Shown here: piece by piece, positions 55,645-64,000 of the stretch | How the letters are laid out: each line of letters opens with the position of its first letter | Numbering within the stretch: the stretch's first letter is position 1 | Assembly (NCBI GenBank): GCA_001799995.1 | Contig: MGUK01000085.1 | Coordinates: forward strand, 21-64,020 | Origin: Elusimicrobia bacterium GWF2_62_30 | GTDB lineage: Bacteria; Elusimicrobiota; Elusimicrobia; Elusimicrobiales; UBA9959 | Direction: 5' to 3' | DNA: 64,000 bases | Position numbers and translations under genes: made by a program | Notes under the pieces: generated by a model | Told to the model about the DNA's origin: nothing | Seen by the model: only the letters and a program-made list of their open reading frames with translations | The model's database searches: none

Positions 55645-57219
55645 CTAGAATAACGGCGCTAACTGCTCCCTGGTCTGCGGCTCCTGCCGGGCGAGGGCGG
55701 CGTCTACCGCCACTCCCTGGCAGCGCAGCGCGTGCAGGCGGCTGAGCGCCGCCGCGCCGGCCAATAAATTGAAGGCGACCGTGACGGCGTCGCGGGACCG
55801 CGGGGCTTCCAGGAAGGTGCCCTTCGTCCACTCGTTGAAGGCGCCCATCGAGGGGCCGCACCACACCTGGTAATCCAGCTTGCGGGATTCGTCGCCGGCC
55901 AGCGGCCAGCGGGAGGACTGGCTGAGATACCAGCGGAAAACGAGGGCCATCTTGTGTTTCGGGTCGCGCTCGGCGCGCTCCGCCTGGGAAGGCTCCCTGC
56001 GCAGGAAGAATTCGCGCGTGCCGGCCCAGACCTCTTCGAAAGAGGACCTGAAGTAATCCTTCTCCAGGGACGCGCGCAGGTCGGCGGGCAGCTCGGCGAA
56101 GCTGCCGTGCGCGCGGTAGATCTCGAAAAGCTTGTTGGCGCGCATGGCGAACATCGTGCCGCGCTTGAGGACCTGCACCTTCACGCCCATCTCGAACATA
56201 TCGGCCGCGGCCGCCATCGCCACGTCGGACTGGCCGGCCCCCGCCAGCAGCGTCCGGACCAGGTCCGAAGTGCCGGACTCCACGCAGGCCTGGTTCACGG
56301 AACCGGTAACGATATAGGCCGCGCCCATCATGAAGGCCGCGGCCGCGGCTTCGGGCGTAGCTATGCCGCCGCCGGCGCCCACGCGCAGCCCGGAGGGATA
56401 GGCATACTTCTCCTGGGCCCTGTCCTTTACGGCTATGATGGTGGGCAGCAGGTTCACCAGGGGGCGGTTATCCGTGTGGCCGCCGGAATCGGCTTCGGCG
56501 GTGACGTCCTCCGCGACAGGTATCCGGGCCGCGAGTTCCGCCTGCTCCGGGGTCAGTTCGCCGCGCGAGACCAGCTCCCTGAGGAACTTGTCGGCGGGAG
56601 GGGAGAAGAAACGTTCGGCTACCTCGACGCGGGAAACCTTGCCGATAACGCGGTTCGGGGTTTCTATCTCCCCCGCGGAGTTCAGGCGTATGCCGTGGGT
56701 GCGGTAGCGTATCAGCGGCAGGCTCAGGTTTATATAGGCGGAGGCTTCTATCAGCCGGATGCCGCGGCGCAGGCAGAGGTCCACTACGGCGGCCTCCGGG
56801 GCCGGGTCAGAAGGAGTATGGATAAGGTTGATGCCGTAGTTGAACGCTTCGCCGGCCTGGAGGCGGTCTATGGCCTTCTCTATTTCTTCCACGGGCTGCC
56901 CGGCCGCCCCGTAGAAACCGAGCATGCCGGCGCGCCCCAGGGCTTCCGCCAGCTGGGTGGAACTTATCCCGTTGGCCATCGAGCCGCCGACATAGGCGTA
57001 CTTAAGGCCGTGGGCCCGGAGGAAAGCCGGGTCGCCCAGGCTGTAAGGGCGGCAGACCGGGACAAAGGCGTCGGCGGAGGCTATTCCGGGGGTGAAAACG
57101 GGGGCTCCGCCGCTGAACGACAGGGAATAGGGCCTGGAAATATCGCGCAGGCACGAGACCGTCTCAGGCGAATAAGGCAGAAAAAGGGGTAGTTCCGTTA
57201 ATTGAGCTTTAGAGGTCAA
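55645..57219 (-). CDS. pfaD: PfaD-like enoyl reductase (FMN-dependent, nitronate-monooxygenase fold)
   Basis: LKYAYVGGSMANGISSTQLAEALGRAGMLGFYGAAG and the remaining sequence are PfaD-family-like. TTG start at 57219, with GGAG 6 nt upstream. Confidence 0.85.
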   Translation of the reverse strand: MTSKAQLTELPLFLPYSPETVSCLRDISRPYSLSFSGGAPVFTPGIASADAFVPVCRPYSLGDPAFLRAHGLKYAYVGGSMANGISSTQLAEALGRAGMLGFYGAAGQPVEEIEKAIDRLQAGEAFNYGINLIHTPSDPAPEAAVVDLCLRRGIRLIEASAYINLSLPLIRYRTHGIRLNSAGEIETPNRVIGKVSRVEVAERFFSPPADKFLRELVSRGELTPEQAELAARIPVAEDVTAEADSGGHTDNRPLVNLLPTIIAVKDRAQEKYAYPSGLRVGAGGGIATPEAAAAAFMMGAAYIVTGSVNQACVESGTSDLVRTLLAGAGQSDVAMAAAADMFEMGVKVQVLKRGTMFAMRANKLFEIYRAHGSFAELPADLRASLEKDYFRSSFEEVWAGTREFFLRREPSQAERAERDPKHKMALVFRWYLSQSSRWPLAGDESRKLDYQVWCGPSMGAFNEWTKGTFLEAPRSRDAVTVAFNLLAGAAALSRLHALRCQGVAVDAALARQEPQTREQLAPLF

Positions 57220-57371
57220 GAGATTCTCCGTAGTATCAATAGCCGCAGCCGGTCATCAAATTATATATGTTTTCCTTATATGGGGTCTAGCGGAAAACCG
57301 GCAGCCGTTGATTCCAACTCTATAATTTGTTAGAAATGAAGGTAAGAGCTAACGGGCAAAGGGAGAGATCT

Positions 57372-57902
57372 ATGAGAAGAACCGGGATTTTGATGGTTTT
57401 CACGGCGGCGCTTTTTCTTGCGGGGTGCCCCTATAAAGCGGAACACAGGCTGGGAGCCCCGTCAGCCAAAACTTTCGACGAAGGCCTTATCGGCAACTGG
57501 GTATCCTGCGAGCCCGGCAAGGCGGACGCCTGCGCGCACCTCAGCGTCTTCCGGTTCAATGAAGGTGAATACTACGCGGAACTGTCCGGGATAGAGCGCG
57601 AGGGAGCTAACCGGAACATCAGGATAAACACCGACCGCTATAAAGCCTTTATGACGAACATCGGCGTGCCGGGGCTGCTGGACGTCCAGGAGCTGAGCGC
57701 CTCCACCGAACCCAGCAAAGCGCATTTCTACGTTAAAGCCGAACCGGCCGCGGAACACACCATCAAGCTGTCCTATATGTCCGACAATTTCACGAAGGCG
57801 CAGTTCTCCTCTCCCGAGGAGTTTGCGGCGCATCTCAAGGCGAACGACGCGAAGAAGGACTTCTACGAAACGCTGCCCCTGTTCGTGCGGGAGAGGAAAT
57901 AG
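57372..57902 (+). CDS. Hypothetical lipoprotein
   Basis: MRRTGILMVFTAALFLAGC lipobox. I chose the ATG at 57372 (GGGAGAG RBS) over the TTG at 57327 in the track. Confidence 0.6.
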   Translation: MRRTGILMVFTAALFLAGCPYKAEHRLGAPSAKTFDEGLIGNWVSCEPGKADACAHLSVFRFNEGEYYAELSGIEREGANRNIRINTDRYKAFMTNIGVPGLLDVQELSASTEPSKAHFYVKAEPAAEHTIKLSYMSDNFTKAQFSSPEEFAAHLKANDAKKDFYETLPLFVRERK

Positions 57903-57997
57903 CCTTTCCCCGCATTTGCTAGAATATCTTTCCGCGCAGGCCGCGGCACAGCTTCACAGGAGAAACGCAACATGTCTGAACTGCTTATCCTCTTAAC

Positions 57998-59188
57998 ATG
58001 AGAACCTTCATCGCCGTTTCCCCGCAGTACCCGCCCCGCCTTCGCTTTTTCGTGAACAGGCTGAAGGCGCATGGCTTTACGGTCCTGGGCGTGGGAGACG
58101 CCGACTGGGACTCTCTGGACGAAGGCCTGCGCGCCGACCTGACGGAATATTGCCGCGCGGACCTGGCCTGCTATTGCGGCAACGAAGAGCTCGATCCGGG
58201 CCGCTACGCCGGGGTCCGCTCGACGGTGGAGTATCTCGGCAATAAATACGGCAAGCCGGAATACCTGGAGTCTTTCAATGAATGGTGGCTCCCGCTCGAC
58301 GCGGCCCTCCGCCGCGACCTGGATATCCCCGGGCTGACGCCCGACGTTCTCGCCCGCCTGGTGCGGAAGTCGGTTATGAAGGAATGCTTCCGCAGGGCCG
58401 GGGTAACGGTGGTCGAAGGCGCCGTGGTGACCGGGCTGCCGGAAATGCTGGCTTTCCTCGATAAGTGCGGCGGGGATATAGTGGTGAAACCGGACCGCGG
58501 GGTGGGCGCGTCCGATACGCACCGGCTGCGCAGCGCCGCCGAAGCGGAGGCCTTCTACGCCTCCCGCAACCTGGCTTTCCCGTATTATATGGAGAAGTTC
58601 ATCGGCGGGAAGGACCGGGAACTTTTCTCCTTCGACGGCTTTACCGGCGCCGACGGCGAGCCGGTCTTCTTTACCTGCCACCACTACAACGACGGGATAA
58701 TGGAAGTGGTCGGCGGCAACCCGCTGAGCTACTACAACCTGCGCGCCGGCGAGATCCCGCCGGATCTTAAGGCCGCGGGCATGGCCGCGCTGAAAGCTTT
58801 CGGGCTTAAAAAGAACTTCTTCCATATCGAGTTCTTCCGCGTGGGCGGCGTCTGCTTCGGCCTAGAGATCAACGCGCGCCCCCCGGGGGTGCTGACCGTG
58901 GACATGATCAACCACTCAAAAGGCATCGACTGCTGGGACCTTTACGCGCGCATGTGCGCCGGCGAGAAGCTGGACGTAAAACTGCCGCAGGACAAGGTCT
59001 GCGCCTACGCGGCCCGGGTCTTTGACCGGCCCTACCGCCTGTCCCACGACGAGCTGCTTGCCCGCTACGGCAAAGAGATAGTTTTCCACGTGCCGATGGA
59101 CAGCAAGGTGATGGGCGACTACGCCTATCTCGTGCTTACCGGCACCCAGGAGCGGAGAGCCGAGATCCTCGGGCAGATAGCCGCCTGA
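57998..59188 (+). CDS. ATP-grasp domain enzyme (carboxylate-amine/thiol ligase type), substrate unknown
   Basis: The central VVKPDRGVGASD...YYMEKFI...HIEFFRV...GLEINARPPG pattern is typical of ATP-grasp folds. Confidence 0.65.
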   Translation: MRTFIAVSPQYPPRLRFFVNRLKAHGFTVLGVGDADWDSLDEGLRADLTEYCRADLACYCGNEELDPGRYAGVRSTVEYLGNKYGKPEYLESFNEWWLPLDAALRRDLDIPGLTPDVLARLVRKSVMKECFRRAGVTVVEGAVVTGLPEMLAFLDKCGGDIVVKPDRGVGASDTHRLRSAAEAEAFYASRNLAFPYYMEKFIGGKDRELFSFDGFTGADGEPVFFTCHHYNDGIMEVVGGNPLSYYNLRAGEIPPDLKAAGMAALKAFGLKKNFFHIEFFRVGGVCFGLEINARPPGVLTVDMINHSKGIDCWDLYARMCAGEKLDVKLPQDKVCAYAARVFDRPYRLSHDELLARYGKEIVFHVPMDSKVMGDYAYLVLTGTQERRAEILGQIAA

Positions 59189-59234
59189 GAGCGCGGCGAA
59201 TATCACGAACAGGGGAGCTGTGCCCGGTGACGGG

Positions 59235-61166
59235 CTATGGCGCCGAGAAGAACCGGTGCAGGTAGAGGCCGGATTCTTTCGTTTTCCCGCGCCAGGCATA
59301 TTCGACGCGGAGGGAAACGTTGCGGCTTAGCGCATAGGAGCCGCCGGCCGTCCCGGCCCAGAGCGGGCGCCCATCGCCGAAAGGATAAGCGATGTACCGG
59401 GCCTCGCAGAGCAGGCGCAGCGGGCCGTTCCCGGCGAAAGCGCCGGCCTTGAGCCCCGCGCCGGCCCGCCAGCCGGCGTCCAGCGCCGGTCCAAAAGAGC
59501 TGTCCGCGGCGGCCATGGCGTACCAGACCTGGCGCATGGCGCCCTCCAGTTCCATGGCCGCGCCGTAGCCGCCGCTCATATCCCAGACGGCGGCCCGGCC
59601 GCTCCGGCGCCCGGCTTCGTCCGCCTGTTCCACTCCCGCGGAAACTTCCCAGGACCCGCGCCGCGCCCAGTCGTCCCAGGGGGTAATACTGGCAATGCGC
59701 AGAAGGCGCGCCTCTTTCACATAAAAACTGTTATAGCGGTTTTCGTATCTCAGCCGGAAAGTCCCGGTCTCCAGCGCCGAGCCCGGGGCGTAGCCGGCGT
59801 CGCTGTCCAGCAGGTCCTGGCCGGCGATGCGCCCCTGCAACTCGTACGCCGGGCCGTTCTTCAGGCCGACCAGGCCGGCGCCGGCCCGCAGGCTTTCGCT
59901 TGCGCCGTGCGGGGAAGCCGGCTTTTCCGGGCTGCCGGTAAAAACCGCCTGCGCCCCCGCGGAAGAACGCGCTTTCTCCAGGGGGCCCAGCGCTTTGGCG
60001 AAATCCTCCCCGGTCATGCGCCCGGAGTAATGCACCCAGCCCAGGTAGTCCGACGCCGTCTCGAGAATAGCCGCCCTGTGCCAGGCGTTCGTCTCTTCAA
60101 GTTTTTTAAGAGCGGCGGCCTGGTCGCCCCGGACCAGTTCATAAGCGGAAGAGGCTTCGCCGATATACAGCTGCTCGCGCTTCCAGGTTACGGTTTTCCA
60201 TAAAGCCGGCCGCCAGACGGCCGCTGCCCCGGCCGCGTCCGGGATAGCCGCCCTTACGGCGTCCAGCGGGAGCACCCAGGCATGAAAACGGGCCGAGCCG
60301 CGGGAGGTTGGCCGGGCGGCATCAAGCAGCTTCAGCAGCCGCCAGGCGGAATTACGGGTGAAGGGCCTCCAGGAAAAAGAAGTATTCTGGAGTTCCCACA
60401 AGTGGTTGAGCAGCCGCGCTTTTTCTTCCTCGTCCAGTGCGAGGGGGAATTCCCACTGGTCCCTGTCGTCGAGGCCCGCATAGGCCCGGCGCGCGCCGGA
60501 CCAGGGAAGCGCGGAAAAACTGCAGCTATGCGCCCCGGCCGCGGCTTTAAGAACGGACAGAAAAGCGCCTTCGCCGGCGGCGGGGGCGGTACAGCCGATG
60601 ACCGCGTCTCTCTCCTGTCCGGCCGGGCCCTTCAGCCTCAGGAAGAGGTCGCCATGGAAAGCGGCAGAATGTTTAAGGTCTCCGGGCGCGAAGACCAGGC
60701 TGGCGGTTTCGGCGGCGAAGCCGGCTTTCCATTCTTCGAAGGCCGCGCACCGGGGCTGCGGCAAAGCGGAAACAGGGAGCCTGAACTTCTCGCGCAGCCA
60801 GCTGTAGCGCTCAGGGAACCGGCATTCCGGCCCGTTGCCGGGTTCTCCCTCGTAAAAGAAACCGTCTATGGCCGCCTCGAGCTCCAGCCGCGGGCTGATG
60901 GCGCCCCACTTGGCAAGAAAGAACCGCGGGTCCTGCGCGGAGCTGCGGTAGCGGCCGAGCAGGGGCTTGTCATAATACAGCAGGTCGATCCAGTGCTGGT
61001 TTTCCCAGGCCTTCAGTTTAACGGCCGCCTGCCGGATAGCCAGCCGCTGCAGCTCCCGTTCCGGGGTTATGGCGAAGGAGACGGACGGGGCAAGCGCGCC
61101 CGCGGCCAATATAGCGGCAAAAAGAACGAAGAACGCCTTTTTACCCCGGATGCCGTCTTTAGCCAT
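59235..61166 (-). CDS. Secreted DUF4105-like (Lnb N-terminal periplasmic domain-like) protein with a beta-rich C-terminal half
   Basis: Signal peptide. HWIDLLYYDK...DPRFFLA...ECRFPERYSWL resembles the DUF4105 signature as I remember it. The C-terminus ends in an aromatic-rich, OMP-like stretch (YLHRFFSAP). Confidence 0.5.
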   Translation of the reverse strand: MAKDGIRGKKAFFVLFAAILAAGALAPSVSFAITPERELQRLAIRQAAVKLKAWENQHWIDLLYYDKPLLGRYRSSAQDPRFFLAKWGAISPRLELEAAIDGFFYEGEPGNGPECRFPERYSWLREKFRLPVSALPQPRCAAFEEWKAGFAAETASLVFAPGDLKHSAAFHGDLFLRLKGPAGQERDAVIGCTAPAAGEGAFLSVLKAAAGAHSCSFSALPWSGARRAYAGLDDRDQWEFPLALDEEEKARLLNHLWELQNTSFSWRPFTRNSAWRLLKLLDAARPTSRGSARFHAWVLPLDAVRAAIPDAAGAAAVWRPALWKTVTWKREQLYIGEASSAYELVRGDQAAALKKLEETNAWHRAAILETASDYLGWVHYSGRMTGEDFAKALGPLEKARSSAGAQAVFTGSPEKPASPHGASESLRAGAGLVGLKNGPAYELQGRIAGQDLLDSDAGYAPGSALETGTFRLRYENRYNSFYVKEARLLRIASITPWDDWARRGSWEVSAGVEQADEAGRRSGRAAVWDMSGGYGAAMELEGAMRQVWYAMAAADSSFGPALDAGWRAGAGLKAGAFAGNGPLRLLCEARYIAYPFGDGRPLWAGTAGGSYALSRNVSLRVEYAWRGKTKESGLYLHRFFSAP

Positions 61167-61234
61167 ATACTCCCTGCCCTTTATCGCGCGCTAAAAAACT
61201 GATTATACCAAAGTACGGGCTTTGGGGGAGCCGC

Positions 61235-61264
61235 TTAGCCGGCCAAGGGCAAAAATGCTATAAT
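61235..61264 (+). promoter_or_regulatory. Candidate promoter for the PFOR gene (extended -10)
   Basis: TTAGCC (61235-61240), an 18-nt spacer, then TGcTATAAT with TATAAT at 61259-61264. AAGGAGA RBS at 61303-61309. Confidence 0.45.
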
Positions 61265-61320
61265 CAGGTTGTACTCTTCAGATTTTCTGCACTCATAACC
61301 ATAAGGAGAATAGTATATAT

Positions 61321-64000
61321 ATGTCTAAAAACCTGACAGCGATGGACGGAAACACAGCCGCGGCTTTCGTGGCCCACAAAACCAATGAAGTCATAGCCAT
61401 ATACCCCATAACCCCTTCTTCCGTGATGGGAGAGCTCTCGGACGTCTGGTCCGCCCACGGCGACAAGAACATCTGGGGCACCATCCCTTCCGTCATCGAG
61501 ATGCAGTCCGAGGGCGGCGCTTCCGGCGCGGTCCACGGCGCCCTGACCGCCGGCGCGCTCACCACCACTTTCACCTGCTCGCAGGGCCTGCTGCTGATGA
61601 TCCCGAACATGTTCAAGATCGCCGGCGAACTGACCAGCACCGTGTTCCACGTCAGCGCCCGCGAAGTCGCGGCCCACGCCCTCTCCATCTTCGGCGGCCA
61701 CGGCGACGTGATGGCCTGCCGCCAGACCGGCTGGGCGATGCTCGCCTCGGCCAACCCCCAGGAAGCCATGGATTTCGCGATGATCTCCCAGGCCGCCACG
61801 CTCAAGACCCGCGTGCCGTTCCTGCACTTCTTCGACGGCTTCCGCACCAGCCACGAGCTGAACATGGTGGAGCCGCTGTCCGCCGAGGTCATGCGCAGCA
61901 TGGTCAGCGAGAAGCTCATCGCCGAGCACAAGATGCGCGGCCTTAACCCCGAGCACCCCGTGCTCCGCGGCACCGCGCAGAACCCCGACGTGTTCTTCCA
62001 GGGCCGCGAAGCCGGCAACAAGTTCTACGCCGCCGTGCCCACCATGGTCAAAGAGGCCATGGGCCAGTTCGAGAAGCTGACCGGCCGCAAATACAACCTG
62101 TTCGACTACGTCGGCGCCGCCGACGCCGAGAAGGTCGTGGTAGTGATGGCTTCCGGGGCCGACGTCCTGGAGGACACCGTGAACTATCTCGTCTCCAAGG
62201 GCGAGAAGGTGGGCGTACTGAAAGTGCGCCTCTACAGGCCCTACTCTGAAGTTGATTTCATAAAGGCCCTCCCCAAGACCGTTAAATCCATCTCCGTCCT
62301 CGACCGCACCAAGGAGCCGGGCTCCCTGGGCGAACCGCTGTTCCAGGACGTCGTGACCGTCTGCGCCGCCGCTTACAAAGCCGGCCAGCTCAAGGAACTC
62401 CCCGTCATAGTCGGCGGCCGCTACGGCCTCGGCTCCAAGGAGTTCACCCCGGCCATGGCTAAGGCCGTGTTCGAGAACCTGTCCGCCGCCAAGCCGCTCA
62501 ACAGCTTCACCGTGGGCATCAACGACGACGTGACCAACCTCAGCCTGAAGTACGACGAGGGTTTCACCACCGAGCCCGCGGACACCTTCCGCGCGCTGTT
62601 CTTCGGCCTGGGCTCCGACGGCACCGTGGGCGCCAACAAGAACACCATAAAGATCATCAGCGAAGAGACCGGCCAGTTCGCGCAGGGCTACTTCGTGTAC
62701 GACTCCAAGAAAGCCGGCTCGATGACCGCCTCGCACCTGCGCTTCGGGCGTAACTACATCCGCGCGCCGTACCTGGTCTCGAAGGCCCGCTTCATAGGCT
62801 GCCACCAGTTCAGCTTCCTCGAGAAATACGAAATGCTCAACCGCGCCGAAGACAACGGCATCTTCCTGCTCAACAGCCCGTTCCCGGCCGACCAGGTCTG
62901 GGACAAGCTGCCCGTAGAGGTGCAGCATGACATCATCGCCAAAAAGCTGAAGATGTACGTGATCGACGCCTCCAAGATCGCCGAAGCCACCGGCATGGGC
63001 GCGCGCATCAACGTCATCATGCAGACCGCCTTCTTCGGCATCTCCGGCGTCCTCCCCAAGGACGAGGCGATAGCCGCTATCAAGACCTCGATCAAGAAGA
63101 CCTACGCCAAGAAGGGCGACGAAGTGGTCAACCAGAACTACGCCGCCGTCGACCAGACCCTGGCCGCCATCGCGGAAGTGAAGATCGGCAAAGCCGATAG
63201 CAAGATCGTGCGCTCCTGCACCGTGGAGGGCTTCCCGAAGTTCGTGCGCGAGACGCTGTGCGAGATGATAGCGTTCCGCGGCGACGGCCTGCCCGTGAGC
63301 GCCATGCCCGTGGACGGCACCTTCCCTACCGCCACAAGCCAGTACGAGAAGCGCAATATCGCCCTCGAGACCCCGGTCTGGGAGAAAGAGCTGTGCATAC
63401 AGTGCGGCTTCTGTTCCCTGGTCTGCCCGCACGCCGCTATCCGCATCAAGGCCTACGACGGCGCGGAGCTTTCCAAGGCCCCCAAGACCTTCAAGTCCGT
63501 TGACGCCAAGGCCCCGGCCCTGAAAGGCCTCAAGTTCACCGTGCAGACCGCCGTGGAAGACTGCACCGGCTGCGGCGCCTGCGTGTACAGCTGCCCCGGC
63601 AAGGAGCGCAAGGACGGCAAGGAAAGCGGCAAGAAAGCCATCAATCTGGCCCCGCAGCCCCCGCTGCGCGAGACCGAGCGCGAGAACTTCAAGTTCTTCC
63701 TCAGCCTGAAGGACGAGGGTTCATCCAAGGTCAACCGCAACACCGTACAGGGCAGCCAGCTGGTGCGCCCGCTGTTCGAGTTCTCCGGCGCCTGCGCCGG
63801 CTGCGGCGAGACGCCCTATGTAAAGCTGATGACGCAGATGTTCGGCGACCACCTCACCGTGGCCAACGCCACCGGCTGCTCGTCCATCTACGGCGGCAAC
63901 CTGCCCACCACGCCCTATTGCACCCGCGAAGACGGCAAAGGCCCGGCCTGGAGCAACTCGCTGTTCGAGGACAACGCCGAGTTCGGCCTGGGCATGCGCC
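61321..64000 (+). CDS. nifJ: Pyruvate:ferredoxin (flavodoxin) oxidoreductase, N-terminal ~893 codons (3' end outside the window)
   Basis: Hand translation from ATG 61321 gives MSKNLTAMDGNTAAAFVAHKTNEVIAIYPITPSSVMGE...MQSEGGASGAVHGAL...SQGLLLMIPNMFKIAGEL...FFDGFRTSHE. Ferredoxin motifs CIQCGFCSLVCP and CTGCGACVYSCP are present, and GACAGCGETPYVKL...NATGCSSIYGG lies in the same frame. The gene is absent from the ORF track because no stop codon is reached. Confidence 0.9.
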   Translation, partial: MSKNLTAMDGNTAAAFVAHKTNEVIAIYPITPSSVMGELSDVWSAHGDKNIWGTIPSVIEMQSEGGASGAVHGALTAGALTTTFTCSQGLLLMIPNMFKIAGELTSTVFHVSAREVAAHALSIFGGHGDVMACRQTGWAMLASANPQEAMDFAMISQAATLKTRVPFLHFFDGFRTSHELNMVEPLSAEVMRSMVSEKLIAEHKMRGLNPEHPVLRGTAQNPDVFFQGREAGNKFYAAVPTMVKEAMGQFEKLTGRKYNLFDYVGAADAEKVVVVMASGADVLEDTVNYLVSKGEKVGVLKVRLYRPYSEVDFIKALPKTVKSISVLDRTKEPGSLGEPLFQDVVTVCAAAYKAGQLKELPVIVGGRYGLGSKEFTPAMAKAVFENLSAAKPLNSFTVGINDDVTNLSLKYDEGFTTEPADTFRALFFGLGSDGTVGANKNTIKIISEETGQFAQGYFVYDSKKAGSMTASHLRFGRNYIRAPYLVSKARFIGCHQFSFLEKYEMLNRAEDNGIFLLNSPFPADQVWDKLPVEVQHDIIAKKLKMYVIDASKIAEATGMGARINVIMQTAFFGISGVLPKDEAIAAIKTSIKKTYAKKGDEVVNQNYAAVDQTLAAIAEVKIGKADSKIVRSCTVEGFPKFVRETLCEMIAFRGDGLPVSAMPVDGTFPTATSQYEKRNIALETPVWEKELCIQCGFCSLVCPHAAIRIKAYDGAELSKAPKTFKSVDAKAPALKGLKFTVQTAVEDCTGCGACVYSCPGKERKDGKESGKKAINLAPQPPLRETERENFKFFLSLKDEGSSKVNRNTVQGSQLVRPLFEFSGACAGCGETPYVKLMTQMFGDHLTVANATGCSSIYGGNLPTTPYCTREDGKGPAWSNSLFEDNAEFGLGMR

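Noticed and set aside
61264-63432. 722-aa minus-strand ORF
   Set aside because: It lies antisense to an unmistakable PFOR coding frame. Its composition is the Gly/Ala/Val/His/Arg-rich pattern typical of the reverse frame of GC-rich genes, and it has no recognisable motifs.

Overview
GC-rich bacterial chromosomal window. It looks diderm (Kdo transferase, SecDF-YajC, PorV-like outer-membrane protein) and anaerobe-style (PFOR). I cannot assign a phylum from sequence alone. I support about 45 protein genes and one tRNA. I found no rRNA, CRISPR array, transposase or integrase.

Layout:
1. 1-2066: the 3' part of a repeat-rich, tail-fibre-like protein.
2. 2216-16384: a 14-gene minus-strand housekeeping array, yebC-ruvC-ruvA-ruvB-spoIID-like-queA-tgt-TPR membrane protein-yajC-secD-secF-hypothetical-waaA-metallophosphoesterase. 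It contains a relic duplicate of the waaA 3' end and a long inverted repeat in its only sizeable gap.
3. 16517-16792: tRNA-Arg(TCG), followed by two 96-bp tandem units that each re-create the tRNA 3' end.
4. 16860-25143: an envelope module with a HEAT-repeat protein, a thermolysin-type protease carrying a sorting-type C-terminal domain, a PorV-like protein, two lipoproteins and a FecR-like protein.
5. 25213-37624: mixed genes, namely lipid kinase, AmmeMemoRadiSam-type radical SAM enzyme, era, PPC-domain protein, long transketolase-family protein, fba, FAD oxidoreductase, PiT with its DUF47 partner, and pepT.
6. 37655-57219: the stand-out feature, a tightly packed 19.6-kb seven-gene operon. It joins a PUFA-synthase-type iterative PKS (PfaD-, PfaA- and PfaC-like) directly to a complete oleABCD head-to-head olefin pathway.
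7. 57372-64000: a lipoprotein, an ATP-grasp enzyme, a DUF4105-like protein, and the first 2.7 kb of pyruvate:ferredoxin oxidoreductase.

The ORF track does not list the PFOR gene because it runs off the window end. Many long ORFs in the track are antisense artefacts of the high GC content and were rejected.
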